Assembly: GCA_028534125.1 (NCBI GenBank)
Contig: CM052817.1
Span: forward strand, 44,146,001 to 44,210,000
DNA: 64,000 nucleotides
Direction: 5' to 3'
Source of the DNA: Lama glama
Taxonomy: Eukaryota
In this document: piece after piece, positions 12,162-25,639 of the stretch
Numbering within the stretch: position 1 is the first letter of the stretch
Layout: each line of letters starts with the position of its first letter
Program-made: the position numbers and the translations under genes
Notes under the pieces: generated by a model
What the model was told of the DNA's origin: nothing
Databases searched by the model: none
The model's input: only the letters and a program-made list of their open reading frames with translations

Positions 12162-15100
12162 ACCTACTCACATTAGAAAGTAGGACTGCCAGAGGCTCTC
12201 CCAGGCCTTCAGAGAGAGAGAGAGAACTTTGGAACTTAGAGTAGTCCTCTAGGAAGGGAGCAGAGGGACAGAGGCTGCCCCCTATTTTCTTTGGAGTGAC
12301 CTAGAGTAGGTAGGGAATTCACTCGGAATAGCTACAAGTTAAAGTCACTAGATACTTCAGGGGTTGATTACATAATATCACATTAAATGTTACCTGATTC
12401 AGTACCACAGAATTTAATGAGAGTCTAAGAGCTAAGAAGCATAAGGAAATAAAGTGTAACACTGTGAGCTCGCTAAAAAATGGAAAGCAACACCATCCTG
12501 TTTCAAAATTCATTGAAAGGACTGTAGCACCAGCAGAGACAGGATCCCTACTTCACTACTTCACACCCCTCTTTACCTAGAACAACATAGACGTTGACCA
12601 CAGGGGACCTAATCCAACATCAATCAGCAATGGGGCCGTGATGATCTGGAACCACGAACCGTGAGGTAGTGACCCTCAAGTATCTTACCAAGGTCAGAAA
12701 ACATCTGAAGAGAGCCAGCAGGGCGTCTGTGCCAAAGCAGAGAACAGAGAGATGGGATTTTTTTGACTGACAAAGATATCAAGCCAAGTCTTCTAGGACC
12801 TGCCACGGGAAAAGAGGATCTTGGAGTGCTGGGAGAATTGGGATGCCAGCATTTACACAGAGAGCACTCAGAGCCAGAAATTCCTGTTGTCATAACACTT
12901 ACCCCTTGGGTTATACCCCTCTCAGGTTGCTGTGGAAGATGAGGATATGTACTGATTGCAGCATATTCGACTGAATTTTTTTAAGGTAAAATGGATGACT
13001 CAATACAAAAAAAGACCCTCTACTCAAAAAAAAATTTTTTTTGAAAATCTTTCCTATTGTTGGCTTTTACCTTAATTTAACTCCTAACATTAGTGATAAC
13101 TTTAGTATTATGATAAAAGTTCTTGGCATTGTTAGCATAGGAAATTACATTTTGTCTTGTTTCCTCTGTTTAATGTATGTCAACCTTATGAAAGCCAGCA
13201 TATACTTTTTGACATTATCACTTTAATAAGTTCAGTTTGAATTCAGTGACTAATGAGAGCTTAGTGCATAACTCCTTGGCTTTTGAAGAGTTTAAAAACT
13301 AAGCAGTAATATATTTTAAAGGCACAGGCGAATAGCAAGATACTTATACATACAAGATATATGTATAAATATAAAAGCAATATTGTTGGTAACATAAATA
13401 GCCTTGTTTTTTTTTTCATATGGACAAGATTTAGCTTCCATGACCTTAACTGTAACTTTCTATAGTAAGGAATATATTGTAATATTTGTGGGGGTAGCTG
13501 TCAAAGGAAGTCTGCTCTATTCAACAATTCTCTGGGTGAAAAAAAAAAAACTGACTCGGCATTTAAATCAACCTTTTAATATTTCTTACCTATTTATATG
13601 TATACTGTAAATTCCCAATGGTGGTCAGGAGGCCGAGTTTCAATGAACCAATAAAAATTGATTAGTGAGCCTGTCTGAGAGGCTTGATGGAGATCTGATA
13701 TTGTGGGAGGAAAGGAAGGTCCATAGAATACTGCAGTTTCTTTAGTGTAAAGCTTGATTTCCCTCACCATATTTCTCCAGCATTATTTTTCCTCCCTATG
13801 CAACATTATGCTTAAGCATTCAGAAGACATTTTGGATTCAGGAATGGAAATAACCTTAAACTTCACTGTAGCGGATTTCGGGTATGTGTTTTTTCACTTC
13901 AACATGCAAGTAGTTGCAATTATAAGTAAGATTTCAGTCAAAATTAGCTGATCATTTTCTACATAGGTTGATCCAAAGAGTATTTTGTATGGTTAGATCT
14001 TTGGGTCTTGGTTTCTGCTATCACACAGTTCAAATGAGTAACATATGAAGATTAGCTTTCTGAAACATGCAAAGGAACACAACTAAAAGGAGATTATTCC
14101 TTTGGGAATGGATTTCTTAGAGAATTTATAAATATACTGTCACTGGCAATCTTTCAAGGTAAAATAAGAAAAAGAGTTTTCCAAGATGGTTTAATTTTAA
14201 TTTTATTAAAGGCAGAAAGATAAACTATTGAAATCTCTGCTATATCATTGACATAATATTTGTGTTGATATGTTAAAAAATAAAAGAAAGTGATTCTGGA
14301 AAAACCTTTATTTGTTCTTTCATACCATTTAGGAAGCCCCCTTTTTCATAGTGCTAAAGATGGAAACCACACTTAACTGAGCTCGCAGGATGGTCAGTAT
14401 AGCAACAGGAGATGGGGAGAGAAAGGAACGCAATAGAGCACTGATGCATTAAATGTTCCTTTTTTTAGGAAACTGGCTTCTCCTCTGAATGGTGTTGATG
14501 TCTTCTTTGTCATACAAAATCTGCTTATCTGCTAGAACTCACCAAACCACTTTGTGTGTGGTGTTATCCACCCCCACCCCCCGGGGGTGTTTTGAAATCC
14601 ACAAATTTTACCATGCTGTTCTTAAGAAGGAGAGCTGAAAATGGTGATATCCACAGGCCAAGACTCTCTAACCTTGTTTTACTCTTTCCCAGCACGTCTC
14701 AGCCCCCATTTATTCTGCAAGTCCAGTTCTGCCTCCCTTTCCAGCTTGTTGCAGCTTTTGCTCTACCTGTTTTCTAGAGTTTGCTCCCTGTTCTCTCCTG
14801 GTAGGGTGTATCCATAGATTTACATTCCAGATTACTTTCAGGTGGCCTCACAACACTCTCCAGCCCACCTCTTATCTGTGTCATGTCCTCAAAGGGGACC
14901 CAGAGTGGAATGGGTCAAAAGAATAGGCTGGGACCCTTGCAATTTTAAATCCTGAAGTTAAGAGTTTCCTGTTCTATGTCAGCTACAAAGAGAAATAGTC
15001 CTGGCAGCTAGGTTGAAACAACTTTTCTTATGCACCATCTGCAAAGAAATGATGCTTGAACAGTATTTATACCTTTGGAATCACTAAGTCCAGCTAGTCT

Positions 15101-15607
15101 ACAAACTGGGCTCTTCAGTTCCCACCTACATATTTGTCTTCCTTCCTAATTTCACGTTTCACTCTGGTAGGAGGCATAATTAAAAGGAAGCCTTGAAAAA
15201 AGGCATCAAAATGAAAGAAAAGTTCAGAGAAAAAGGTCCAAGTACATGAGAATAAATAATAGAGAAAAATATTTTTGAAATGAATGCCATCATTTTGAAA
15301 TATGTGAAAGGCTAATTAATAAAAATATGTGTACTAAAAGGAAAAATATTGAAAGGAAAAAAAATGTTAATAAAAACCATACTTCTCATTTATCAAAACA
15401 AGACTGAAGGTTAAGCATGATAGACAAATAGTCCAAGACATACTTCCTAAAGGAATCACAACATTCTGCCGGAACACCACAGCATTTATCACTTGCTCAA
15501 GGTCAAATCTCTCAGAGAGAGCCACCAGTTAATTTTCATAAGTCCAATAAGCTGCTTAGTATGACATTCAGGCCCCTTTGCAATCTGGACCCCAAAATGT
15601 CACTATT

Positions 15608-16054
15608 GTAGAAGGTAGTATAATTTCATGTGTTAATTTCATGTGTCATCTTGGCTGAGCCACAGTACCCAGATAGCTGGTCAACAATTATTTTGGATGT
15701 TTCTGGGAAGGAGGGTTTTTTGAGGGGGATGAGATTTAACATTTAAATTGGTGGACTCTAAGTAAAGCAGATTACCCTCTGTACTGTGGGTGGGCCTTAT
15801 CCATTCAGTTGAAGGTCTTAATAGAACAAAGACTAAGCAAGAAGATATTCTGCCAGCAGACTGCATTTGGACTTGAACTGCAATACTTCCATAGGTCTAC
15901 AGTATGCCAGCCTCTGCAGAATTTGGACTTACCAAGCCTCTACAATCTTAAATCTCTCTCAACCTCTCTGCATATAGATACAGAGATAGAGATGTAAATA
16001 GAGACCTAGATGTATCCTCTTCGCTCTGTATCTCTGGAGAACCTTGCCTAATAC
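15608..16054 (+). mobile_element. MLT2-type ERVL LTR
   Basis: MLT2 motifs: ttaatttcatgtgtca-cttggctgagccacagtacccagat, aagtaaagcagattaccctc, and the end ctggagaaccttgcctaataca. Confidence 0.8.
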
Positions 16055-16333
16055 AGGTGGTGATAAGATCATGGATTCTATCATCAGAATTATTATAGAT
16101 TTAGTACCTGGTTCTGCCATCTACTAATTGTATAATGTATACTGGGAAAGTTACTTAACCTCTCTAAACTCAGTTTCCTTATGTTAAAAATAGGAATAAC
16201 AATAACCCCCTCAATTCTCTAGCCATATATGTCATATAATCTGGTATCTGTATTCCTCTATTTCTGCTGCCCTCTTGCCTGTCATAAATTTGTTCCTGTC
16301 TACCTAGCTGAGCCTCACTTGCCCTTCCATACC

Positions 16334-16860
16334 TGTAGTAGTTTTAAAAATATGTTCATAAATTCTTTAATACTCTTTCCTACAAGTTTAAGTCCCCTCC
16401 CCTTTGGTATAGGCTGGATTTAGAGATCTGCTTCTAATAAATAGAAAATGGCAGAAGTGACAGCAGAACATTTCCCAGATTAAGTGGTAGAATGACTGCG
16501 GCTTCCACCTAGGTCTCCCTCTCCCTCTCCCTCTCGTTCTCATCCCTTGCAATGGAGGAGCCAGTTGCCTGGTCATGAGCAGCTCTATGGAGAGGCTCAG
16601 TGGCAAAGAATTGAAGCCTCCTGCCTCTAGCCACCTGACTGAACTGGGAAACAGATTCTCCATTCTCCAGGCCCTTCATGACTTCAGCTCCAGCCAACAA
16701 CTTCACTGTAACTTTATGACAGACCCTGCCCTGAACCAGAACCAGCCAGTTAAGGTACCCACAGTTCTTGAGCCTCAGAAACTGTGAGATACAATAAATA
16801 CATGTTGTTTTATGCAGATACGTTTTGCAGTAATTTCATCAATAGCAAATAATTGATGCC
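16334..16860 (+). mobile_element. MLT1-type MaLR LTR
   Basis: tgtagtagttttaaaaatatg start; aatagaaaatggcagaagtgac; cagaaactgtgagatacaataaa near the end. Confidence 0.75.
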
Positions 16861-17806
16861 ACGTTCAAGTCTATAAAAGCCTTCCCTGACCAACACACAG
16901 AATTTCTCCTGTCTATTTCTTCCCTTATGCAAGGCTGAGAGCTGCTTGAGGATAGGCCATTTTTAACTGCATTAAATGGAAAAAAAAAAAAAAAGTCAAA
17001 CTCACGCCTGGCACGTAAAGGACACTTACAATAGTTAAGCTAACAGTTAGTGTTTCTTATGTGTCATATGTTGTTCTAAGCCTTTTGTAAATATTATTTC
17101 ATTTAATCCTCATACAAACCTAGGAGATATATTATTATCCCCCATTTCACAGCTGATGAAACTGAGGTCACATTATAGAGAAGCTGGTTAACTTGCTCAT
17201 GGTCTCACAGCCAGTACATTGTTGCTGAATTAAGAAGTGAATGAATGAAAAAGCTTCTTATGGAGAGGACCATGTATGACTCACCTTACAATCTTGTCTA
17301 GTGCCTAGCACAGTATACAATTGGACTCAAATATTTACTAAATCACCATCTGGTAATAAAAGCAGCTTGTTTGTGAGAAAGAAGTTTTGGAAACCTGATC
17401 ATGGATAATTCGAATTGATTCCCCAAACAATTCTTTTCCTTCAGTGAGAAGAAATAAGGATTACAGTAAACATATGTTGTAATGAGACTAAGAATACATT
17501 TTGGAAGATGTTTTCCCCACACCTTCTGCATAAATGCTTGACAAGAAATAAACTGTATTGGTAGTTTGATTATATAAAATGCATAAACTTTTTTTTTCCT
17601 AAATTTTCTAAATTTGATAGTTCAGAACTCAAAACAGTTTGTGAGAGTAAAATGGTATTATTTTAATGGTGTATTTTTCTCCCAACTTGCTGGAGGGAGA
17701 GGTTGTGAATGAAAGGATGTTTCTACTGAAGTCTTTTTTATTTACAAATTTCAAATAGTGGCTGTTGTTACTTGATTTCTGGGGCTTCTCTTAATAAAGC
17801 ATGCAA

Positions 17807-17956
17807 CGGGTGGGTAGTGGGGAGAGGGTAGCTCAAGTGGTAGAGTGCATGCGTAGCATGTGTGAAGTCCTGGGTTCAATCCCCAGTACCTCCACCAAAT
17901 GAATAAATTACTTCCCCACTGCAAAAAAAAAAAAGAAAAAAGAAAAAAAAAAAAAA
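17807..17956 (+). mobile_element. Camelid tRNA-derived SINE (vic-1-like) with TSD
   Basis: gggtagctcaagtggtagagtgcatgcgtagcatg...cctgggttcaatccccagtacctcc plus poly(A); TSD aaagcatgca at 17796-17805 and 17954-17963. Confidence 0.88.
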
Positions 17957-18132
17957 GCATGCAGCTAATGATCCCACCCAGTGAAGTCCTTCTAAATAAG
18001 TACCAAAGTATGAGAAACCTAAAGCCAGTTTACATTTGGAGTTAGTCAAAGCCTGGAAAGCTTGTGGCCTTCTATTTTAGAATTTTTGGCTTGTTTTCTC
18101 TGAGCACTTTCTTCCTACTTAATAGTAAGTAG

Positions 18133-18224
18133 GGGGTATAAAACATAAACAACAAGGACCCACTGTATAGCACAGAGAACTATATTTAATATCTTGTAAT
18201 GACCTATAACAGAAAATAATATAT

Positions 18225-18274
<50 letters not shown>

Positions 18275-18331
18275 ATCACTGTTGTACACCTGAAACTAAC
18301 ACAACATTGTAAATCAATTATACTCTAAAAA
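18133..18331 (+). mobile_element. 5'-truncated L1 3' end with internal (TA)n microsatellite
   Basis: aacaacaaggacccactgtatagcacag...cctgaaactaacacaacattgtaaatcaa; TSD-like aatagtaag on both sides; (TA)n at ~18230-18268. Confidence 0.8.
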
Positions 18332-19444
18332 AATAGTAAGCAGGAGATCTTTATATTATTTGGTGAATGTGGACTCCTTTTCTCTTCCTGTCTATTTGAC
18401 GGGTTTACTCCCCTTACATCCTGTCTCTGTAGAGATTAAAGAAAATCAGTATTTTGGAAGCTGTAAAAAAGATCCTTAAATGCAGATAAATGCTAAGGAT
18501 AAGTGATTATAATGACAGTAAATCACTTCCTTTTTCCCTGTAGGTCTTAGTATTTCTCCAAGATAGTACCTTCATAAATTGTCTGCTGGGAACATTACCC
18601 TAAAAATTTCATTTAAGACAAAGGAGACTAGAAATTTCTGTCACTAAAGATTAAGTAGCCTTGTCTTCTATACTCATAAAAATGTAAGCAGTCAGGGTCT
18701 AATTATTTTTCTTAAAAGATTACAGACAGCAAAGCCCCTTGTTTGTCAACTTGATTCTGCTCGGCTGTCCTAGACTTCTGAAGGGGTTTCACCTGACACT
18801 ATATTGCATTTCAGAACAGAGCTTTTATTATGAGAGCATACTGTTTCTTCTTCCTTACTCTACCACTCTGCATTTGAAGCAAGGCATGTTTCTATTTTAA
18901 GATTCAGTATTCCAGTCATAAAATAAAACAAGTGTAAGAAAATTTGAATCACCTCTTTTCAAGCAAAAATTAACTCTCAGAAACACAAATATAAACTGCT
19001 CTCTAAAAATTCTTTTTGAATATTTGTTCTAAGATTAAAAGCAGGCCAAAAATAACCATAGGGTGAGTATTTTTTGTTTGAAGACATCAATGCAAGCCAG
19101 AAATACCCACAGGGTAAGGTAGTAAAGGGTAGGCGCTGGAGTCAGACAAGTTGTGTGAACAGTCTTGAAGAGATTTATTTTACTTCTTTATCTTCTGAAA
19201 AATGGGGACGACAAAATACCTACGGTAGAGGAATGCTGTAGGGATAAACACAAGGGAATGTAATACAAGTGTTTAGTGCAATGCCTGGTACACAGTGAGT
19301 AATCAACATATTTTAGTTACTATTGCTGTCAAATACCATGTAGAAAGGTGGTTTATTTTTACTGTTTTGGACAAATTCTTCCTAAAAAATATTTTAAAAA
19401 ATGAAAAAACAGGAATTCCTTACTAATACAAGGATTTCTTTTAG

Positions 19445-19596
19445 GTTTTATTTTATTTTTATTTATTTATTTTTATTGAAGTATAGTCAATTACAATGTA
19501 TCAATTTCTGGTGTACAACATAATGTTTCAGTCATACGTATACATATATATTCGTTTTCATATGCTTTTTCATTATAGGTTACTATAAGATATTGC
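19445..19596 (-). mobile_element. L1 3' end fragment
   Basis: T-rich tail plus ttgaagtatagtcaattacaatg...ggtgtacaaca, the same family as 2981-3233. Confidence 0.7.
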
Positions 19597-20104
19597 AATT
19601 CAAGGATATTAATGTCTTCTTCATATGCCTTATTTATTTTCTCAGGGAAGTTCAAAGACTTTCCATTTGTTACAACTACAATTCATTTTAAAAAACAATT
19701 TTACAGTTATCAAGAAAAGAGAGATGATAAAAGTAAGGTCTTGTGAATGAATAGTGAAGAAAAAGAATATCCATATTTTTTGTTAGGACAAAATTTCCAG
19801 TTATCCTAACAAATTACTTGTCACCTACTAATTACTTGTTGTTATATTTATAGAATTCTAGATTAAATTGTCACAGACAGTAAGACAGTTTTAATAAAAC
19901 TAAGCTTCAAAAAGGGTAAGTATATAATGACGTGAGAGCTCTTAAATACTCCTGGTTACATTTTAATTGGTTCAATTCTTCTTCCAAGCAATTTGCCAAA
20001 TTGGTGTCCATTAAAAGCCATGAAAATGTAAACACTGTCAGAATAACCCAGAAAAAGTTATACATGAATATGCTAATTATATTCTTTTTGGTTTGTTCCT
20101 TCTA

Positions 20105-20660
20105 TTTTTTTTTTTTTTGGTAACATCTTTATTGATATATAATTTACATCTAGACAATTCACCTATTTAATGTGTACAATTCAATAGTTTTAGTATATTC
20201 AGTTGCAACCATCACCATAATCAATATTATGGTGGTATGGTAAAATATTCTCATCAAAAAGAAACCCCCAAACTTTTCTCTATGGTCCCTCAATCCCATC
20301 TCCATTTTCAGTCTTAAGCAACCATGAATCTACTTTCTGTCTATAGATTTCCCTATTCTGGACATTTCATATAAATGGAATCATTATGCTATGTGACAGA
20401 AGCCAGCCACAAAAGACTGCACATTGTTTTCAAGGGTCAACCATATTATGCCATATATCAGTACCTCCTTATTATGGCCAAGTAATATTCCACTGCATAC
20501 ATAAACCACATGTGACTTATGCATTCATCAGTTGGTGGACATCCGTGTTGTTTCACCTGTGTCCATTAAGAATAATGCTGTTGTGAACATTCATGTCCAA
20601 GTTTCTGTGTGGATATGTTTACATTTCTCTTGACTACATATCTGGGAATGGAATTGGTAT
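20105..20660 (-). mobile_element. Old L1 (L1MB/MC-like) 3'UTR fragment
   Basis: ttgcaaccatcacca, ctattctggacatttcatataaatggaatc, ataatgctgttgtgaacattc motifs. Confidence 0.7.
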
Positions 20661-21949
20661 CAGTCTTACAGTAGTGAAGATCAGAAGCAATTTCATGGTC
20701 CAACAATGGAATTATGAAAAAAAAAAGTTGCCTATGTAGAAGGAAGACCACGTAGCAGTGTAGACTACTCAGGAAAAAGGCTACATGAAGTGAAAAAAGC
20801 AAAATACAACCCACTTAAAATCCTTTTTGGGCTTCCGTTCCCTATTCTGTCCCCTGCCCCTGGCCTCAGCTCTCTCCCTCTCAATTCTCTGAGGCCCAGC
20901 CTTACTACATTTCAGAGAGTTTTAGAATGTCTCAGCTCCAGAGCCTTTGAACATTGTTTCCTCTGCCTGTATCACTTTGTCTCCACTTCTTTGCCCAGTG
21001 TTTCTTCCTCACAGAAATCTTCTCTGATATCCCTAACTAAGCTAGGATTAAGTGTTTCCATGGCAGCCTGCAATTTTCCACCTTAATACTTATGATACTG
21101 GTAACTGTTTATTCAGTCAGTAATCAAATATTGACAGCCTTTTACTTGCAGGGATACAGGGTGAAATAAAAAACACGCAAGATCCCTATCACTCTAGACC
21201 GTATATTCTACAGAGAGAATGCAGTGTACAAGTAACAAATCAACAGTCCTGGGTGATTTTAAGGTAGTGCTAATTAGCGCAACGGTTAGCTTCTGTGTTT
21301 GGATTGTAAACTCCATGAAGGTGGAAGCTATTTGTCTCAGTTACTTCCAGTTTGCTAGAGCTCAGCAGCTAGTCTAGCTCGTTGAACAAGCTCAACACAA
21401 ATTTAAGTGATTGTTAAAATAGGCATAAAAAGACAGAAATGGAAAACACAAATGTGACTTTCTGTAAACGGTTGAGTTTGGGGATTTTTTTTCTCTTTCA
21501 AAACTTTTCCGTAATTCTACATATTCTTTTTACAACTAAAACAATTATATGAGCAAAAATTTACCATGGTTCGGTAAAGGAAACCCAAATACAACACATT
21601 TATATGTCACGACACACTCGTTAAAGACCTGGTATCTCTGAAATACTCAGATGTGTTGCTTAAGTGGATAGAATTCCCTTGGCGCATTACCAAGCTGATT
21701 CCCGGCCACCAGAAGTACAATTCACGGTTTAAAAAGAGAAGGTGCTTAAGAATGTGCGCCCCGAAATCTTCCGACTTCTAACGCGCTTTAGAATCTCCCT
21801 CCACCCACGACATGGCAGCGAAAAAACCGCAATTCTATTTACACGTCAATGGTAAGAAGAGAACACAGAACTTTCTGCGAGATCAACAAAGAATGCAAGA
21901 TCTTTACACAACAGATGGCCGGCCCTTTCCCAAAAGACGCTTTTGCATG

Positions 21950-23450
21950 CCCCAGAGACAAACATAGGCTGCATAAAATCAGGTAGCACTAGGTTCGGCG
22001 CACCCCCACAGAACCCCACCCCCAAGAGAAGCGCTCAGCCGCTTCTTTCTTCCCCGGAGCGCATGCGCAGCGCACTCCCCGACCACCGCACGCCTCTTCC
22101 AGCCAGCCCAGGAGGTGCTGACGTCACGGTGGAACCGAAAAGGAACCCTTCCGCTCCTCCACGGAAAACGAGTCCACGCACCTCTAGCTTTTCTTAGCTC
22201 CCCCACCCCCTCAAAAAATATTCCCTTCTCTCGCCCCAATACCAGTGACTTCCCTAACCCGTTTTCAATAGCCCAGCTTTTTGTCACACTTCTCTGTGCG
22301 TTCGTTGGACGCAGAAGGCGGCGGAGAGGGAAAGGGGGGAGGGTGAGACCATTTCGGTGTTGTTTACAAGAAGTGAGACCGTCTCGAAATCGGTCCGCGA
22401 GGGCGGAGCCGAGGAAGCCGGCACTTCTTCCTCCCCTCCCCTCCCCTCCCTTCCTAGCCTTCCCCGCGAGCGGACGCGGCAGCGCCTCTGTCTCGCTTTT
22501 TCTTATTTTTTCCCCCCCTTTCCCCTTCCTTTTTTTTTTTTCCTTTTTCTCCTTTCCCCTCCCTTTCACCATTTCCCCTCGGAGGCGCTTCCCCCGGGCA
22601 GGGGCAGAGCCGGTCTCACCCCCCGCCTCTCCCCGGCCCCCGCCGCCCTATGGCGAGAGGGAACCCCCTCCCCACCTGGGCTCAAGCGGCGGCGGTTGGA
22701 GGAGCGGGACCGGCGGCGGCCTCAGGTCCGGGGGCGTCATGGAACTAATTCGCTGACCGACCCACCGGCCGCAGCCGTGCATCCCGCTCCAGCGCCAGCT
22801 CCCGCGCCCTCCGGCCCGGTTCCCCCTCTTCTCCCTCCTCAGTCGGCCCCATCCTTGTCCCGCGCGCCCCGCCGCTGCGCGCTGAGGATAATGAGGTGGT
22901 AACGGGCCCCTGGATGACCCCGCGTCACCCCTGTGAGGCCTACAGCTCTGCCGGGGAGGAGGAGGAGGAGGAGGAAGAGGAGGAGAAGGTGAGGGGGCGG
23001 GGGGGCTCGACGCATCCCCGCGATCCGCGCGCGCACCCCCCTCCACTCCGCGCGGCCGCCGCGCGCTCCTCGGCCGAGCCCCGCCCCCCCGCCGACCCGC
23101 TAGCCTCTCCAGGCACCGACTTCTCGGCACCTGCCCAGTTTGGAAATGGCTCCACTGGGTTCCCTGTTCGGGCCTTTTTTTTTTTTTTGTCAGCGAGTAA
23201 CTTTTTTGTAGCAGTAGCAAATTGCCTACTAGTGTGTGTTCTAGGCTCCGCGAGCCTGTGTGATACACAAAGAAGGGGACACACCCCCGCCCCTAGACCT
23301 CGGCGCTCCAGCGGGAGCTGGGGGAAGATCGCTTACATTGCAAAGCCGAGGGAAGGCCAGATGGATGAATGGGTGAATCGCCAGCGCAGCGGGAACTCTG
23401 GGGAGGGGAACGTTATCTTGGGTGTGGGTGGGTAGGTGGGGAAATCTGGA
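21950..23450 (+). promoter_or_regulatory. CCNI: CpG island / CCNI promoter
   Basis: Sharp rise in GC and CpG. NRF1 palindrome GCGCATGCGC 22059-22068; CRE TGACGTCA 22119-22126; FOXO-type TTGTTTAC 22360-22367; GC box GGGCGGAG 22401-22408; no TATA box. Confidence 0.9.
22460..22988 (+). other. CCNI: CCNI exon 1 (5'UTR; contains four upstream ATGs)
   Basis: Strong donor AAG|GTGAGG at 22988/22989. The junction with exon 2 (gagaag|gtagctac) matches the human CCNI 5'UTR as recalled. TSS approximate. Confidence 0.85.
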
Positions 23451-25639
23451 GGCGAGATGAGCCTTGAGTTGCAATCTGAAGGGACAGATGAGAATACTGA
23501 AAATTTGCCAGAAAGAAAAAGGAAAATACCATATGATAGCTTAAAAAAAAAAGACACAAACGGATTATTCTGTTAAATGCCGAAAATTTGAGAAAAAAGC
23601 AGAAGGCCCTCTGCCTAGCTGGGGGTTCCACTGCAGATTATTTTGGCAGGAGTTGAGAATTGGGTAGCAAAATAGTGGAAGTTATCTCTCGGAAGGTAGA
23701 ATGGTATCAGACTGAAGATCTTTCTACTGCCAAGCTAATCTTCAGCTTTTAGTCTGTCAGTAGAAGCCACTCAACGTTTGAGCAGCAGCTATGTGACGTT
23801 ATGATGCTAATAACACTTGTTGAGGCTTATTGTCGAGCAGGCATCATTCTAAGTGGTTTCCAACTCATTGAATCTTCACAAGGGCAGGTAGTTCAGGAGC
23901 ATGTTACACATGACGGAAACTGAGGCTCCATACGTTAATTTTCCCAGTAAATGACAGAACCTGGTGCCAGAATTCAAACCCCAGCCATCTGACTATGCTG
24001 TATAGTTTCTGTCCCCGAAAAGATTAAAGTAGCGTTATCTGTTTCTAGCCCTTCCAGGTCGTTTGTGGCAGACGAAATAGGGAATGAACAAATAGGAGGT
24101 TAAGAAAGAATGGACAGGATTTAGACTTGCTAGTCAGGACTCAGGCGCATTTCTCAGCAATTCTGAGCTTCTGGACTAGAAGAAGTTTCTTAATACTGAT
24201 GTAGAGCAGACTAGAAGAGTCAGTGTGTGTTGGAAAGATGCAATAGGGATGTTATGCAGTTAAGCCGAAATAAGTAAGCTTACGTGGCAATGTGACATCC
24301 TAGTAGTTTAGAATGAACTCGAAATGTTTTTGGTCAAGATTGGAAGCTGAGAGTGTGTGTACATGTTTTATTCTGATTGTATAATACTTTTAAAATGAAA
24401 AGTATTTGCTTTTCTGTGCATGTTTCTTCATCTTTAAAAGGGGCTTAATAATACCTTCATGATAATACTGTTTTTTGTTTTTGAGGATTAAATGAGTTAA
24501 TATGGCATAGTACTTTGAACAATACCTGGCCAAGTAGTGAACACTCAGATTTTTTATTGTTAAACGCTTAAGAAGTGTAAACTATTATTATTTATTAGGC
24601 ACAGTGCCAGCTCTGGAGAGTGCTCACCATCAAGAAACTTATGATTAGTAGGAGAGACTGGCTTACAAATAATAAGTTATCACGGAGCAATTAAATGCAA
24701 AAGTGTAATAATGACCAAATACATATGCAAATGGCAACTCTGTAAGGAGGGAGTAAGCTAGAGAAAGACGATTCAAGTTGAAAGAACAGTGTGTGGAAGG
24801 GCATGGAGATTGGGAAAGCAGGCTGTTTTGGAATACAAGTGACTGTAGTCTCTTATTAAGGAGGTAATAGTAGAACATGAGGTTTTTGTATGGTCACATT
24901 AAAATAAATCCTTTTTTTTTAGAAGAGGAACTAATATCCTGAAGTCAACACCAGTACAGAATTATTAATGGTGTTGGCGTTACAATTATAATAAAAATAA
25001 TACTTTCACATTAATAAAGTTGTTTGTTATATACCCAGCACTGTGCAGCACTTTTCCTTGGAAGAGCAGGAGGCCCTATATGTAGATTTGTAATAAATTT
25101 TATACTGTATGATAAGCACTTTATAAACTGTTCATTCAGACATGAAGCTATTTGATAAGCAGAGAAAGAAGCAAGTAGCAACTGAAAGAATGGGAGAAGT
25201 GTGAAATGCATCAAGTTAGAAATGTGTGGAACATGCCAACCAAAATACAGTCTTCTTGGTTTTTAGTTCCTAGAGACTTTTCCCAGCACTCAAAATTCTA
25301 GATGTGACCAGTAATGGGCATAAAGTATCAAGATACAACTATAAAGTTTTGCTATTTAGAACAGTAATGTTTTTAGTGTTTGTGTTGTATTCCTTACCAG
25401 GATTCATTATTCATCTAACTCAAATCTGTTCTACACATTAGAAAACATGTTTGTGGACTATCAGTAAAAGAAGTAAAACTCTAGCCAGTGCTTTCTCCAC
25501 TGTTTCATATTATCTGTCTTACAAAAAGGAATGTAAAAAAGAAAAAAACCTGGTAATATAAGCACTTTCTTATAAATTATGGGTTTTGTTTTTCTTTTTC
25601 TTCTTCTGTGTTCTTAAATTTACTTGTAAATAATTTTAG

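Noticed and set aside
17819..17895. tRNA-like sequences (also ~9979-10053 and ~39575-39650)
   Set aside because: A-rich tails, a TSD and diverged stems identify them as SINE heads, not tRNA genes.
21943..23435. Cluster of 100-213 aa ORFs on both strands
   Set aside because: Stop-poor CpG island giving low-complexity translations, mostly from non-ATG starts. Only the exon 1 uORFs were kept.
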